NCBI GenBank assembly: GCA_021780905.1
Contig: JAJXXW010000093.1
Span: 1,559 to 65,558 of the forward strand
Length of the DNA stretch: 64,000 bases
Direction of reading: 5' to 3'
Source: a bacterium
Lineage (GTDB): Bacteria; Verrucomicrobiota; Verrucomicrobiia; Limisphaerales; UBA11358
Numbering within the stretch: position 1 is the stretch's first letter; every line of letters starts with the position of its first letter. Of this stretch, positions 1-10,740 are shown in pieces. The notes under the pieces are model-generated. The model had not been told where the DNA came from and searched no databases. It saw nothing but the letters and a program-made list of their open reading frames with translations. Both the position numbers and the translations under genes were made by a program.

Positions 1-2439
1 GACAACGAAAACGGCCTTTTCCCGCAATTACGGCAGGCTGCTCGCCCGCTGATCGACCCGATTCAAGCCACGTTCCGTGGTGGCCAAGAGGAGCCTTTAC
101 ACCGTTGGTATCCATACTTGGAAGGGTATTCGCCGCGGTTTGTAGAGCAGGTGCTAAATGAGTTTGCCCCGACTGCATCGCGCGTCTTGGATCCATTTGC
201 AGGAACCGGAACCACCCCGCTAACCGCAGCTCGACTCGGGCGCGAAGCCTTTTTCTGCGAGATCAACCCGTTGCTCCAGTTCCTCGTCGAAGTGAAAACA
301 ACTGCGTTCAACTTGGCGGCGAAGGATCGCGAGCGGTTGGTGGGACGGTTACTTGAACTGGCGGATGATCTGGAGAGCGAAGTTCCCTCGGCGCGCGAAG
401 CCGCTGACCTCCATGACGCTTACCAGAGGACTTTCGGCAGCAGCAGATTCTTCGACGAGCCCGTCTATCGCCAAATTCTGCAAGCACGCAGTTGGACTGA
501 CTCCCTTGCATGTGAGGATCCTCTGGCAGCGAAGTTTCTTACTGTTGCCTTTCTGGCTGCCCTCATCCCCGCATCCCGGCTGATCCGGCGTGGAGACGTG
601 CGTTTCAAGACCGACGCTGAGGCAAAGCGCCTAAAGGCGGATTTGGTTGCAGTGGCCAAGTGTCAACTCCACCTCATCGCGGGCGATTTGAGGGTGGTCG
701 AAGCATTGCCGAACAGCCCGAGGTTGGTGTGCGAAGACGCTCGGCACCTGGATCAATTGTTTCCGCTGGATGTCGATGCCGTTGTCACCAGCCCGCCCTA
801 CCTCAACGGCACGAACTATTTTAGGAACACGAAGGTCGAATTGTGGTTCCTGCGGTGCCTGCGGACCTCCAACGACCTCGCCGATTTTCGCCTGAAGGCT
901 GTGACAGCTGGAATCAACGATGTCACGAACGCCAAGCTAGTGGGGGATCTTCCACAGGCGGCGAGGGCGGTGGTGGCACAACTCGAAGTCGCCGCTTACG
1001 ATGTGCGTATTCCGCGTATGGTCGCCAGCTACTTCACGGAGATGCGGCTGATTTTTGGCGCCATTCGAAAGCACCTAGCCGGACCGGCAACAGTGGTCCT
1101 CGACATCGGCGATTCGGCTTACGGAAACATTCATGTGGCCACTGACCGCATCTTGACCACGATCCTTTCCGAGCTCGGCTTTAACCCGCGGCGCGAGGTG
1201 GTCTTGCGAAAGCGGATGTCTCGAGGAGGTTTTGCGCTTCGGCAGGCTTTGCTGGTGTTTGACGCGCGTCAGGCGGAACCGTCGGCCATCCGCGACCGCG
1301 CCGAATGGCCATCGGCACCATGGGAAAAGGCCTGGCAGCAATTCAAACGTAAATTGCCCCACCAGGAAGTGGAGTTCGCCAAACGAAACTGGGGACATCC
1401 CCTCCATTCCCTCTGCTCCTACCAAGGGAAAATGAAGCCGTCGTTGGCCCACCACCTGGTGAGCATGTTTGTCCCGAAGGGCGGCAGGTTGCTGGATCCG
1501 TTTGCAGGCGTGGGGACGATCCCATTCGAGGCCGCTTTGCAGGGCGCCAGCACTTGGTCTTTCGAGATCAGCCCAGCGGCCCTGCACATCGCAAGCGCCA
1601 AGGTTGGTGCGCCCGACATCGCTGGCTGCGAGCGGGTTTTGGCTGGCTTGGAGCGATTGCTCGACACGGCAAGCCCGGCCGAAAGTGAACGAATTGCGGC
1701 GAGAGAAATCCACTTCAACGGCCCACTTCAGGACTATTTCTCGCCGAAGACGTTTCGCGAGGTTCTCTTGGCCCGGCGGTTCTTTCAAGAGCGTGCGCCC
1801 AGCACGGCATCGGAGTCCCTTGTGTTCGCCTGCTTGCTTCACATCCTGCACGGGAACCGGCCTTATGCGTTGAGTCGCCGTTCGCATCCGATCACTCCCT
1901 TTGCCCCAACTGGCCCAGCCGAATATCGGCCTCTGCTCCCGCGTTTGCGCGAGAAGCTGGCGCGCAGTCTGGAGGCGGCACGGGGCAGCACCTTCGTTTC
2001 GGGCAAGGTCTACTTCCAAGACGCCACCTCTTGGTGGCCACGCGAGGTCGCTGGCCTTGACGCCGTGATAACCTCGCCGCCCTTCTTCGACAGCACACGA
2101 TTCTACCTGGCAAACTGGATACGTCTCTGGTTCAGCGGATGGGAAGCCAGCGACTTCAGAATCCAGCCTTTGTCCTTCGTGGACGAGCGCCAGAAACACA
2201 CCTTCGAGATTTACGAGCCAGTATTTCGCCAAGCCAGAGAGCGATTGAAGCCAGGAGGAGTCATGGTCCTTCACCTTGGCAAGAGCCGGAAATGCGACAT
2301 GGCCCAATCGCTGGCAGGCGTGGCGTTACGCTGGTTCCGCGTGGCCGATTCGTTCACGGAGCAGGTCGCGCACTGTGAATCACACGGTATCCGCGACAAG
2401 GGAACCGTCACCGCGCATCAATTCCTAGTCCTCAGATAG
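1..2439 (+). CDS. DNA methyltransferase with two tandem MTase domains (5' end runs off the window)
   Basis: Frame 1 is open from nt 1 (..HRWYPYLEGYSPRFV..), so the true start is upstream; the track ORF begins at TTG 118. There are two collinear modules, each with an AdoMet FxGxG motif followed by an SPP[YF] catalytic motif: LDPFAGTGTT...VVTSPPYLNG and LLDPFAGVGTI...VITSPPFFDS. Confidence 0.8.
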   Translation, partial: DNENGLFPQLRQAARPLIDPIQATFRGGQEEPLHRWYPYLEGYSPRFVEQVLNEFAPTASRVLDPFAGTGTTPLTAARLGREAFFCEINPLLQFLVEVKTTAFNLAAKDRERLVGRLLELADDLESEVPSAREAADLHDAYQRTFGSSRFFDEPVYRQILQARSWTDSLACEDPLAAKFLTVAFLAALIPASRLIRRGDVRFKTDAEAKRLKADLVAVAKCQLHLIAGDLRVVEALPNSPRLVCEDARHLDQLFPLDVDAVVTSPPYLNGTNYFRNTKVELWFLRCLRTSNDLADFRLKAVTAGINDVTNAKLVGDLPQAARAVVAQLEVAAYDVRIPRMVASYFTEMRLIFGAIRKHLAGPATVVLDIGDSAYGNIHVATDRILTTILSELGFNPRREVVLRKRMSRGGFALRQALLVFDARQAEPSAIRDRAEWPSAPWEKAWQQFKRKLPHQEVEFAKRNWGHPLHSLCSYQGKMKPSLAHHLVSMFVPKGGRLLDPFAGVGTIPFEAALQGASTWSFEISPAALHIASAKVGAPDIAGCERVLAGLERLLDTASPAESERIAAREIHFNGPLQDYFSPKTFREVLLARRFFQERAPSTASESLVFACLLHILHGNRPYALSRRSHPITPFAPTGPAEYRPLLPRLREKLARSLEAARGSTFVSGKVYFQDATSWWPREVAGLDAVITSPPFFDSTRFYLANWIRLWFSGWEASDFRIQPLSFVDERQKHTFEIYEPVFRQARERLKPGGVMVLHLGKSRKCDMAQSLAGVALRWFRVADSFTEQVAHCESHGIRDKGTVTAHQFLVLR

Positions 2440-3414
2440 TCAGGCCAGTCCGAGCATCTTTTTGTTTTGCGCCGAGAGCCTAGCAACCAGATCGTTTTCC
2501 TCCAGTAGCTTTCTCAACTCTTTCAGACGCTTGGCTAGGTTAGAGCGCTCGCGCACCTTCAGGAAACGCGACACGCATCCGTCCACGTCAATGCTCGAAT
2601 TGACTACTGGCGAACGGCTGGCTAGAAGGTTCAGATCTGCTCCGGTGATCCTGCTCAACTCAATCAGTTCGTTGTTGGTGTAGAACTCGCTGGGCCACCG
2701 GTCTCGCTTATTGTTGTTCGCTCCGGCGGACAGAAGGGCGGCGTTCTCAATGGTCAGCGGGTAGAGGTATTTTGAGGGGAGAATATGGTCAATCGCCCAC
2801 GACTGGCGGTCTTTGATGTCGAGCGGCTTCCTCGTTTTGAAGCACTTGCTGCCGAAGCGGGCGAACAGGTCTTCGGGCTTGATCGTTTGGTTTTCGCCTT
2901 CAAGAAGCATGTCCGCGATCCGTCGCCGAACCGATGCTTCGTGAAGCTGTTGTTTCGTTCGCCGGGGATTGAGCACAGCATTGATTGCACCTTTGCAACT
3001 CCGGCATTCCATTTGTCGCTCCAAGGGCCCCCAGCCCGAGTGTTTGCTGAACGCATGAAATGGCAGCACTCGTCCGCAAGTGTTGCATTGTTTCCAATAG
3101 GATTCCGGGTGTTCGGTTGCGATACGGAAGAAACCTAGCCAGAAGCGTTCCGCGCGAACCGACTTGTGTTGAGTGAACTCCGGCGGCCAATTCGCAAAGG
3201 GAAGGTTCGTGGTCCTGCAATGCTTGTAGCCGCATTTCTTGCAGGACCAGCACGCCTCCTGAAAAGCAGTTTCCGGATCGAGAAGTCGAGTCCCGATGTC
3301 CACCGAATTGAGTTCGGAACACTTCAGGCACACGAAAGCGATCCACGCATGGTGAAAAGGAACGCCCTCGATTCGTTGCAGGCCAGTGCGGTTTTTCGTT
3401 TTGCGTCGCGGCAT
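2440..3414 (-). CDS. HNH-family endonuclease with Zn-ribbon CxxC pairs (putative restriction partner of the MTase)
   Basis: 324-aa ORF. C-terminal HNH-like motif IDHILPSKY...NAALLSAGANNNKRDRWP, preceded by CLKC, CWSCKKC, CNTC and CRSC. Its stop abuts the MTase stop (2439/2440) in convergent orientation. Confidence 0.65.
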   Translation of the reverse strand: MPRRKTKNRTGLQRIEGVPFHHAWIAFVCLKCSELNSVDIGTRLLDPETAFQEACWSCKKCGYKHCRTTNLPFANWPPEFTQHKSVRAERFWLGFFRIATEHPESYWKQCNTCGRVLPFHAFSKHSGWGPLERQMECRSCKGAINAVLNPRRTKQQLHEASVRRRIADMLLEGENQTIKPEDLFARFGSKCFKTRKPLDIKDRQSWAIDHILPSKYLYPLTIENAALLSAGANNNKRDRWPSEFYTNNELIELSRITGADLNLLASRSPVVNSSIDVDGCVSRFLKVRERSNLAKRLKELRKLLEENDLVARLSAQNKKMLGLA

Positions 3415-3494
3415 CGACTTTTTCTACCGCAGCCGGGGCCGAGAAACCAGACTAAACCCTGCGCCAATGTGTCGGTTCTCTTGCGAGCTAAGCG

Positions 3495-3525
3495 AAAAGC
3501 CGCCCCGGTTGCCGGGGCGGCTTTC
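3495..3525 (-). terminator. Rho-independent terminator downstream of ppdK
   Basis: Perfect 10-bp GC-rich stem GCCGCCCCGG / CCGGGGCGGC (3499-3508 / 3512-3521) with a 3-nt loop, flanked by AAAA and TTTC. It lies 48 nt after the ppdK stop. Confidence 0.6.
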
Positions 3526-3572
3526 GTGAATTCAGTCAGGGGCTGGCGGAGCTTGCCGCTCCGGAGCGTTGG

Positions 3573-6323
3573 CTACTTCTTCTTCGCCGGTTTGGCGGCC
3601 TTGGCGGCTTCCTCTTCCAGCGCGGCTTGCGCGGCGGCGAGACGGGCCACGGGCACGCGGAACGGCGAGCAGCTCACGTAGGTGAGGCCGAGCTTGTGGC
3701 AGAACTTCACCGAGTTCGGGTCGCCACCGTGTTCGCCACAGATGCCCAGCTTGATGCCAGGGCGGGTCGCATTGCCCTTTTCGACGGCGATCTTCATCAA
3801 CTGGCCCACACCAGCCTGGTCAATCGAGGCGAAGGGGTTGGTCTTGCAGATTTCCAGTTCCGCATAGGGCGGCAGGAAGCTGCCGGAGTCGTCGCGGCTC
3901 ATGCCCAGGCAGGTCTGGGTGAGGTCGTTCGTGCCGAAACTGAAGAACTCGGCCGTCTGCGCGATCTCGTCGGCGGTGAGCGCGCCGCGCGGGACTTCGA
4001 TCATCGTGCCGACCATGTAGTTGAGCTTCACCTTTTGCTCGGCCATGACGGCCTTGGCGGCGGCGTGGACGACGGCGACCTGGAGGTCCAGTTCCTTCTT
4101 GAACCCGACGAGCGGGATCATGACTTCGGGCTTCACCTTGATGCCGGCCTTCTGCACTTCGGCGGCAGCTTCAAAGACGGCGCGGGCCTGCATCTCGGAG
4201 ATTTCGGAATACACGATGCCGAGACGGCAGCCGCGGAAACCGAGCATGGGGTTGAACTCGTGGAGTTCCTTGACGCGCTGTTTGATCTTCGCGACGGGCA
4301 CGCCCATTTTCTTGGCGAGGTCGTTCTGCGCGGCGTCCTCGTGGGGGAGGAACTCGTGCAGCGGTGGGTCGAGGAAGCGAATGGTGGCCGGGAAGCCCTT
4401 CAGCGCCTTGAAGATGCCGACGAAGTCGCCCTTCTGGTAAGGCAGGAGCTTGGCGAGGGCCTTCTTCCGGTCGTCCACATTGTCGGCGAGGATCATCTCG
4501 CGCATCGCGTCAATGCGGTTGCCCTCGAAGAACATGTGCTCGGTGCGCGTGAGGCCGATGCCGGTGGCGCCGAACGCGATGGCGTTCTCGGTCTGCTCGG
4601 GGGTGTCAGCGTTGGTGCGGACCTGGAGCTTGGTGACTTTCGAGCACCAGTTCATCAGGGTGGAATACATGCCGTAGGTCTCGCTCTTCTTGCCGTCGAG
4701 GGACTTCTCGACGAGCACCTGGACGATTTCGGAAGCGGCGGTCGGGAGCTGCCCGGCATAGACGTTGCCGAGCGTGCCGTTGATGGAGAGGAAGTCGCCT
4801 TCCTTGTAGGTCACGCCGTCGGCCGTGAGGGTCTTGGAGGCGTAATCAATCTGCAGCGCGCCGGCGCCGCAGACACAGACCTTGCCCATCTGGCGGGCGA
4901 CGAGCGCCGCGTGCGAACTGACGCCGCCCTTCGCGGTGAGGATGCCTTCGGAGGCGATCATGCCGCGCAGGTCTTCGGGCGTGGTTTCGTTGCGGACGAG
5001 GAGGACCTTTTCGCCCTTGGCCGCGGCCGCGTCGGCGCGGTCGGCGTTGAGATACATCTTGCCAGAGGCGGCACCGGGGCCGGCGGGCAAACCCTTGGCG
5101 ATGACCTTCGCGGCTTTCTCGGCCTTTTGGTCGAAGATCGGGGCCAGGAGCTGGTCGAGCTGATCGGCGGGGTTGCGCTTGATGGCCGTCTTCCAGTCAA
5201 TGAGCTTCTCCTTGCACATGTCCATGGAGAACTTCAGCGCGGCAAACGCGGTGCGCTTGCCGTTGCGGGTCTGGAGCATGAAGACCTTGCCGTCCTGAAT
5301 CGTGAACTCGAAATCCTGCACGTCCTTGAAGTGCTTCTCCAGCGTGGCGCGGATGGTGTCGAGCTCCTTGAACGCGGCGGGCATTTGCTTCGCGAGCTGC
5401 GCGACGGGTTCAGGGGTGCGGACGCCGGCGACGACGTCTTCGCCCTGGGCGTTGATGAGGAATTCGCCGTAGAACTCCTTGGTGCCGTTGGCGGGATTGC
5501 GGGTGAACGCGACACCGGAACCGGAAGTGTCACCGGTGTTGCCATAGACCATCGCCTGCACGTTGACGGCGGTACCCCATTCGGAGGGAATGCCGTATTT
5601 GCGGCGATAGACGATGGCGCGGTCGTTCATCCAGGAGCCGAACACAGCGCCGGTCGCGCCCCAGAGTTGCTTCCACGGATCCTGCGGGAATTCGCCGCCG
5701 GTGCGCTCCTTGATGAGCGCCTGGAACCGCTTCACGAGTTCCTTCTGGTCATCGGCGGTGAGCTTGGAGTCCTCGATGTCGCCGTGATACTTCTCGTGCT
5801 TGAAGCTGTGGATGACGACTTCAAACGGCTCGTGGTCTTCGCCGGCGCGCTTCTGCACGCCCATGACGACGTCGCCATACATCTGGATGAAACGACGGTA
5901 GCAGTCCCACGCGAAACGCTCGTTCTTGGTCGCGGCGACGAGCGCGAGCACAGTCTGGTCGTTGAGGCCGAGGTTGAGAATGGTGTCCATCATGCCCGGC
6001 ATGGAATCGCGGGCGCCGGAGCGGACGGAGACGAGCAGCGGCATCGCGCTCTTGTCGCCGAACTTCGTGCCCATGATCTTCTCGATGTGGGCGACGCCGG
6101 CCTTGACGGCGGGATCGAGGACCTTCGGATAGGTCTTCTTGTTCTGGTAGTAGTAGGTGCAGACTTCGGTGGTGATGGTGAAGCCGGGAGGCACGGGCAA
6201 GCCGATGCGGGACATTTCCGCGAGGTTGGCGCCCTTGCCGCCGAGCAACGGCTTCATCGAGCCGTCGCCGTCAGCTTTCTTGTTTCCGAAGAGATAAACG
6301 TATTTGTTGCTATTTGTTGCCAT
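3573..6323 (-). CDS. ppdK: pyruvate, phosphate dikinase
   Basis: N-terminus [36 protein letters not shown], central GGxxSHAA phospho-His region ([15 protein letters not shown]) and a C-terminal PEP-utilizing domain. ATG at 6323 preferred over the TTG at 6347. Confidence 0.95.
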   Translation of the reverse strand: MATNSNKYVYLFGNKKADGDGSMKPLLGGKGANLAEMSRIGLPVPPGFTITTEVCTYYYQNKKTYPKVLDPAVKAGVAHIEKIMGTKFGDKSAMPLLVSVRSGARDSMPGMMDTILNLGLNDQTVLALVAATKNERFAWDCYRRFIQMYGDVVMGVQKRAGEDHEPFEVVIHSFKHEKYHGDIEDSKLTADDQKELVKRFQALIKERTGGEFPQDPWKQLWGATGAVFGSWMNDRAIVYRRKYGIPSEWGTAVNVQAMVYGNTGDTSGSGVAFTRNPANGTKEFYGEFLINAQGEDVVAGVRTPEPVAQLAKQMPAAFKELDTIRATLEKHFKDVQDFEFTIQDGKVFMLQTRNGKRTAFAALKFSMDMCKEKLIDWKTAIKRNPADQLDQLLAPIFDQKAEKAAKVIAKGLPAGPGAASGKMYLNADRADAAAAKGEKVLLVRNETTPEDLRGMIASEGILTAKGGVSSHAALVARQMGKVCVCGAGALQIDYASKTLTADGVTYKEGDFLSINGTLGNVYAGQLPTAASEIVQVLVEKSLDGKKSETYGMYSTLMNWCSKVTKLQVRTNADTPEQTENAIAFGATGIGLTRTEHMFFEGNRIDAMREMILADNVDDRKKALAKLLPYQKGDFVGIFKALKGFPATIRFLDPPLHEFLPHEDAAQNDLAKKMGVPVAKIKQRVKELHEFNPMLGFRGCRLGIVYSEISEMQARAVFEAAAEVQKAGIKVKPEVMIPLVGFKKELDLQVAVVHAAAKAVMAEQKVKLNYMVGTMIEVPRGALTADEIAQTAEFFSFGTNDLTQTCLGMSRDDSGSFLPPYAELEICKTNPFASIDQAGVGQLMKIAVEKGNATRPGIKLGICGEHGGDPNSVKFCHKLGLTYVSCSPFRVPVARLAAAQAALEEEAAKAAKPAKKK

Positions 6324-6517
6324 AAAGTCTGTATCGAATCTGCTCAATTACCGGTTCGTGCCGGAAAAATTGAGGGGTGAGACTAACAAAGACGGGGGGG
6401 GTGTCAACGGACGAAGGCGCCTCTCCCACAGGTATCAGGCGGGGGGATTCAGTCCATCAAACACCGCCATCGAAGTGACTCTCAAACGGCCAATGGCGCG
6501 AGTTCCGCCGCCGGGAG

Positions 6518-6940
6518 TCAGGAAGAGGACCGGCGTTTGAGTTCGGCTTGGATCGCTGGCGGAGGGTCGGGCGGCAGATGTCCTGGGGCGTCCCACGCGA
6601 GTCCTTCGGCGGGACGTGCCGGCGGTGTCCCGGCCTTCCCGCTTCGACTCACATGCAGGTTCCAGGCCTGGACGGCCCATTTCGTCTCGTCCGGCAAAGC
6701 CTCCAGAGCGGCCTGATCCGCCTGGCCGGGATAGACGCGGCGAACGCCGGCACAGTCCCGAAGCGCCTCAAGGCGATCCGCGGCGATGGCGACAACCGCC
6801 AGCCAAGGCGGGTAGGAGTGAAGAATGCGAGACCCCAGGGCCGCGACCGCCTCCAGGGTTGACTCGAAGCCCTCCCGGTCCTGCACGCGTAACTCCAGGA
6901 GAACTTCCACAGGCGGTTCAACCGGCGCTTGTTTGCTCAT
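6518..6940 (-). CDS. stand-alone propeptide-like (I9-like) domain protein, paralogue of the N-terminus of the adjacent metalloprotease
   Basis: Collinear similarity to residues 10-140 of the 7040-8539 product: ..LHSYPPWLAVVAIAADRLEAL.. vs ..LHVYPPSVMVASVPADSVGQL..; AVQAWNLHVS vs AMAAWNDHVS; PPDPPP vs PPDPPR. ATG at 6940. Confidence 0.5.
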   Translation of the reverse strand: MSKQAPVEPPVEVLLELRVQDREGFESTLEAVAALGSRILHSYPPWLAVVAIAADRLEALRDCAGVRRVYPGQADQAALEALPDETKWAVQAWNLHVSRSGKAGTPPARPAEGLAWDAPGHLPPDPPPAIQAELKRRSSS

Positions 6941-7039
6941 GCGGATATCATGTGACCGCGGCCGTTGCCGATCAACCCACAGGACCGCCACGGCGGCCGT
7001 GGCGGTCCCGGTGGACCGGTGCGGGTCCCCGGAGCGGGG

Positions 7040-8539
7040 CTATTTGTAGGTCACCCAGGTGATGGCCAGATTGTAGCCGTAGGTATCGATGCGCAATTTC
7101 GCATAGCGTCCGGCGTTGGTTTTGACGGCGATCACGGTGCCGGCCTTGAGCTGGTTGGCGGCGTTGTTGCTGCCGTTGATGGGCGTGGCCGTGTAGGACT
7201 GTTTCTGAAGCGTCTGATAGGACACGGCGTCGAAGTTCGGCTTGCCCATGTGGGCGAGCATCGCTCCGCTTTGGGGAACGAGCAGGCGGGTGACGCTGTT
7301 GACCTGCTCCCACCAGATGTCCGCTCCCGTCGCCGGCCCCTGCGTGCCAGTGTCGAAATCGAAGGTCCAGGTGCCTTTGAGGACCGTGGAGCCTTTGGAT
7401 TTCACCGCCAGTTCGTTCCAGCCGAGCTGCCCGCGGGTATAATCACAAACGGCCGGCGTGTTGTGCGCCATCAGGCAGGGCACGAAGTTGGTGGCGCAGT
7501 TCTCGCAGTTGCCATTGGCGATCTGGTATCGGCCGTGCAGGCTGGTGCAGATACAGCCGCTGGAACCGTACTCGTCGGCACAGCCGAAGATATGCCCCGT
7601 CTCGTGCGCTACCACACGGTGGAACTCATCGATCCCCCAGCCATCCACCCCGAAGTCCATGACGACGTGATTGGCCCACTCGTAACCAAACCAGAACTTG
7701 GGATACTTGGTGACGAAGATGGCGTAGGCCCACTGGGCATTGTTGGCCTGTTTGATACTGTTGATGTATTGGTTCATGCCCGCGAGGTTCGCCGAGTAGC
7801 CCAGCGCGCCCATCGCCGCGTCACGCCAGATATCCTCCCAATTGTTCTGGTTGGCTGGCGTGAACTGAGCCGCCGTGAGGGAGAGCTTGGGTCGCTTGAT
7901 GTCGTAGAACCACTGGATGTTGGCGCGGGGTTCGAAACTGGCCAGCAGGTTGAGACCCTCGGTCGTTTCGGAGACGACTTTGAGCTTCTCCTGATTGGTG
8001 ATGCTGTATTGGGCCACCGTGCTGTCCACGAACACCAACCCGACCGCGACGCGCCCGACCAGCACGGGCACGCTCAGGTTCGGCGCGCCTTCAACCCGCG
8101 AAACGGCGCGAGGACCGAGCAAACTCTGCTCCCGCTGGCGCAGATGCTCCTGGACTTCACGGGGCGGATCCGGGGGCTGCATCCGGGCCGCGCCCCACGA
8201 TTTGCCCAACGTGGGGCTGGCCAGCGCCTGCAAGCGTCGCTCGACGCTGACGTGGTCGTTCCACGCGGCCATGGCTGAGGTGACTTGCGCGTCGGCCGCT
8301 TTCAGCTCGCGTGCCGCGAAGGGTTCGGTTTTCGCAGCGCTGATCCTTGCCACGCCACTCAATTGGCCGACGCTGTCCGCCGGGACGGAGGCGACCATGA
8401 CTGACGGCGGATAAACGTGAAGCGCGCGGCCTCCCAATTTCTCCACGGCTTTGATGGTGTTCTCAATTGCGGCCAGGGTCTTCCCGGTCATGACGATGAA
8501 GACTTCCTGCATTCCGCCAACTTGACGCACTTTTGGCAT
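7040..8539 (-). CDS. zinc metalloprotease (metzincin-like HExxHxxGxxD) with N-terminal propeptide-like domain
   Basis: HETGHIFGCADEY motif. ATG at 8539 is preceded by AGGAGGAG. The upstream part of the track ORF (to 8695) has no coding-like features. Confidence 0.75.
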   Translation of the reverse strand: MPKVRQVGGMQEVFIVMTGKTLAAIENTIKAVEKLGGRALHVYPPSVMVASVPADSVGQLSGVARISAAKTEPFAARELKAADAQVTSAMAAWNDHVSVERRLQALASPTLGKSWGAARMQPPDPPREVQEHLRQREQSLLGPRAVSRVEGAPNLSVPVLVGRVAVGLVFVDSTVAQYSITNQEKLKVVSETTEGLNLLASFEPRANIQWFYDIKRPKLSLTAAQFTPANQNNWEDIWRDAAMGALGYSANLAGMNQYINSIKQANNAQWAYAIFVTKYPKFWFGYEWANHVVMDFGVDGWGIDEFHRVVAHETGHIFGCADEYGSSGCICTSLHGRYQIANGNCENCATNFVPCLMAHNTPAVCDYTRGQLGWNELAVKSKGSTVLKGTWTFDFDTGTQGPATGADIWWEQVNSVTRLLVPQSGAMLAHMGKPNFDAVSYQTLQKQSYTATPINGSNNAANQLKAGTVIAVKTNAGRYAKLRIDTYGYNLAITWVTYK

Positions 8540-8875
8540 ACTGACTCTCCTCCTTTGGTTTGCGGGAGCGGTTGCTCCCGCTGGTTTGTGGTTGTGTCCG
8601 TCAGACAGGAGGAAGGCTCCCCTAAAAAAATTATGCCTCCCCTCTCGCTTGACAGGTCGGATTATGCGTGCTGGAGACTCCCGTGTCAACCGCAAACTTA
8701 GGCTTGCTGCACGGTCAGTTGGCCCACCGCGGGCCGCGCCGATACCGCCGCCGGCGCACGCCGCTGGCGGCGTGAAGTGTTGGCAACCTTCCGGTGGCCG
8801 CCTCCCGCCGCGAAGGACCGAGGCGACGGCGAAGCCCGACCTTTACCGGCTCCCCCCGCCTGCTACTCTGGCTCC

Positions 8876-10702
8876 ATGACGAATTGGAAGCGCATTCTCC
8901 GGGTTCACCTGGCGATCCTCCCGGCCCTGGCTGGCGGCGCAGCCGCGGCAGACTCCGCGCCCGGCCCCATGCCGGTGGGCGTTGCGCAGGCGGCACAAGG
9001 GTTCCTAGACATGTACAATGGCGTTTACCAGGGACTCTACACCGTGGCGCAGGAAGCGGCGTGGAAGGCAAGCACGGACGTCACCCCGGAACACACCGGC
9101 CAGCGCATTGGCGCGGAACAGGCGCAGGCGGTATTCGTCGGCAGCCCGTGGGTCATCGAGCAAACCCGCTCGTTTCTCCAGCAGACCAATGCGCTGGACG
9201 ACCTCACGGTGCGCCAGTTGCGGATGATCTGGCTGCGCGCGGCCGGCGCGCCCGGCACCATCCCGGACGTCGTCGCCGCCCGCGTGGCGGCGGAGGCGCG
9301 GCAAAGCGCCACGCTCGACAGCTTTTCTTTCCAGTGGACGCGCCCGGGCGCCCCGGCCCCGGAGCCCGTCACGGCGAATCAGATCGATGACCTCCTGCAA
9401 AACTCCACGAACCTCGCCGAGCGGCTCGCCGTGTGGAAGGTGTCGAAGCAGTCGGGCGTCGCGTTGAAGCCGGGCCTCGTCGAGTTGCGCGACCTGCGGA
9501 ACCGGGTGGCGCGCGAGATGGGCTTCAGTTCCTTCTTCGGCCTGAACGTGGCGGGCTTCGGCATGACGGTGCCGGAGATGCGGGCCTTGACCGAGCAACT
9601 GGTGCGCGACACGCGGCCGCTCTACGAGCAGTTGCATTGCTGGGCGCGCTACAAACTGGCGGAGCGCTACCACCAGCCGGTGCCTAAACTCATCCCGGCG
9701 CACTGGCTCGGCAACCGCTGGGGCCAGGAATGGCCGGGCCTGGTGGAGAGCGTGGATCTCGATCCGCTGTTCCAAGGCCGCACGCCGGAGTGGATTGTGC
9801 GTCAGGCGGTGAACTACGGCGAATCGCTCGGTCTGCCGAAATTTCCGGAGAGCTTCTGGGTAAAGTCCGATCTCTACGCCCTGCCCGCCGGCACCCCGCG
9901 CAAAAAGAACACCCACGCCTCCGCTTGGGACATCAATCTGACGGGCGACGTGCGTTCGCTGGAAAACGTGGAGCCGGATTTCTACTGGTTCGGCACGGCG
10001 CACCACGAGATGGGGCACGTGTTTTACATGCTGTCCTACGACCGCGCCGAGGTTCCGCTCGGTCTGCGCGACGGCGCCAGTCCGGCCTTCCACGAGGCGA
10101 TGGCGGAGACGCTGGCCACGCCGACGATCCAGTTGCCGTATCTGCGACAGGTCGGCGTGGTGCCGGCGGATCGGAGGTTCGACGAGACCCAGTGGCTGTT
10201 GAACAGCGCGCTCAACCAGGTCGTCTTCGTCCCCTGGTCGGCCGGCGTCATGGCGGCCTGGGAACACGACTTTTATGAAAACAACCTGTCCACCAACGAG
10301 CTGAACCGGCGCTGGTGGCAATACGTCGAGCAGTATCAAGGCATCGCTCCGCCGGAGCCGCGCGGCGAGGAGTTCTGTGATGCCGCCACCAAGACGCACA
10401 TCAACGATGATCCGGCCCAGTACTACAAATACGCCATCGCCTTCGCCATCAAGTACCACCTCCATCTCTACATCGCGAAGCACCTCCTCCACCAGGACCC
10501 GCGCAACTGCAATTTCTACGGCAACAAGGAAGTCGGCGCGTTCCTCTACCGCATCATGAAAGTCGGTGCCACGCGCGACTGGCGGCAGTTGATCCGGGAA
10601 GCGACCGGCGAAGACCTCAGCGCCAAGGCGATGCTGGAATACTACTCGCCGCTCCTGAAGTACCTCCAGGAACAGAACCGCGGGCGCGAACTCGGCTGGT
10701 AG
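8876..10702 (+). CDS. M2-family peptidyl-dipeptidase (ACE-like)
   Basis: HHEMGH plus downstream FHEAMAE (third Zn ligand). Signal-peptide-like start MTNWKRILRVHLAILPALAGGAAAA at ATG 8876. Confidence 0.75.
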   Translation: MTNWKRILRVHLAILPALAGGAAAADSAPGPMPVGVAQAAQGFLDMYNGVYQGLYTVAQEAAWKASTDVTPEHTGQRIGAEQAQAVFVGSPWVIEQTRSFLQQTNALDDLTVRQLRMIWLRAAGAPGTIPDVVAARVAAEARQSATLDSFSFQWTRPGAPAPEPVTANQIDDLLQNSTNLAERLAVWKVSKQSGVALKPGLVELRDLRNRVAREMGFSSFFGLNVAGFGMTVPEMRALTEQLVRDTRPLYEQLHCWARYKLAERYHQPVPKLIPAHWLGNRWGQEWPGLVESVDLDPLFQGRTPEWIVRQAVNYGESLGLPKFPESFWVKSDLYALPAGTPRKKNTHASAWDINLTGDVRSLENVEPDFYWFGTAHHEMGHVFYMLSYDRAEVPLGLRDGASPAFHEAMAETLATPTIQLPYLRQVGVVPADRRFDETQWLLNSALNQVVFVPWSAGVMAAWEHDFYENNLSTNELNRRWWQYVEQYQGIAPPEPRGEEFCDAATKTHINDDPAQYYKYAIAFAIKYHLHLYIAKHLLHQDPRNCNFYGNKEVGAFLYRIMKVGATRDWRQLIREATGEDLSAKAMLEYYSPLLKYLQEQNRGRELGW

Positions 10703-10740
10703 CGGCGGCGAACTGGACGGCTCTGCGCCGGAGTGGCGGG

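Noticed and set aside
3627-6380. 917-aa plus-strand ORF
   Set aside because: It lies exactly antisense to ppdK. The product is Gly/Arg/Ala/Asp/Leu-rich, low-complexity sequence typical of the shadow frame of a GC-rich gene. ppdK on the other strand has unambiguous family motifs.
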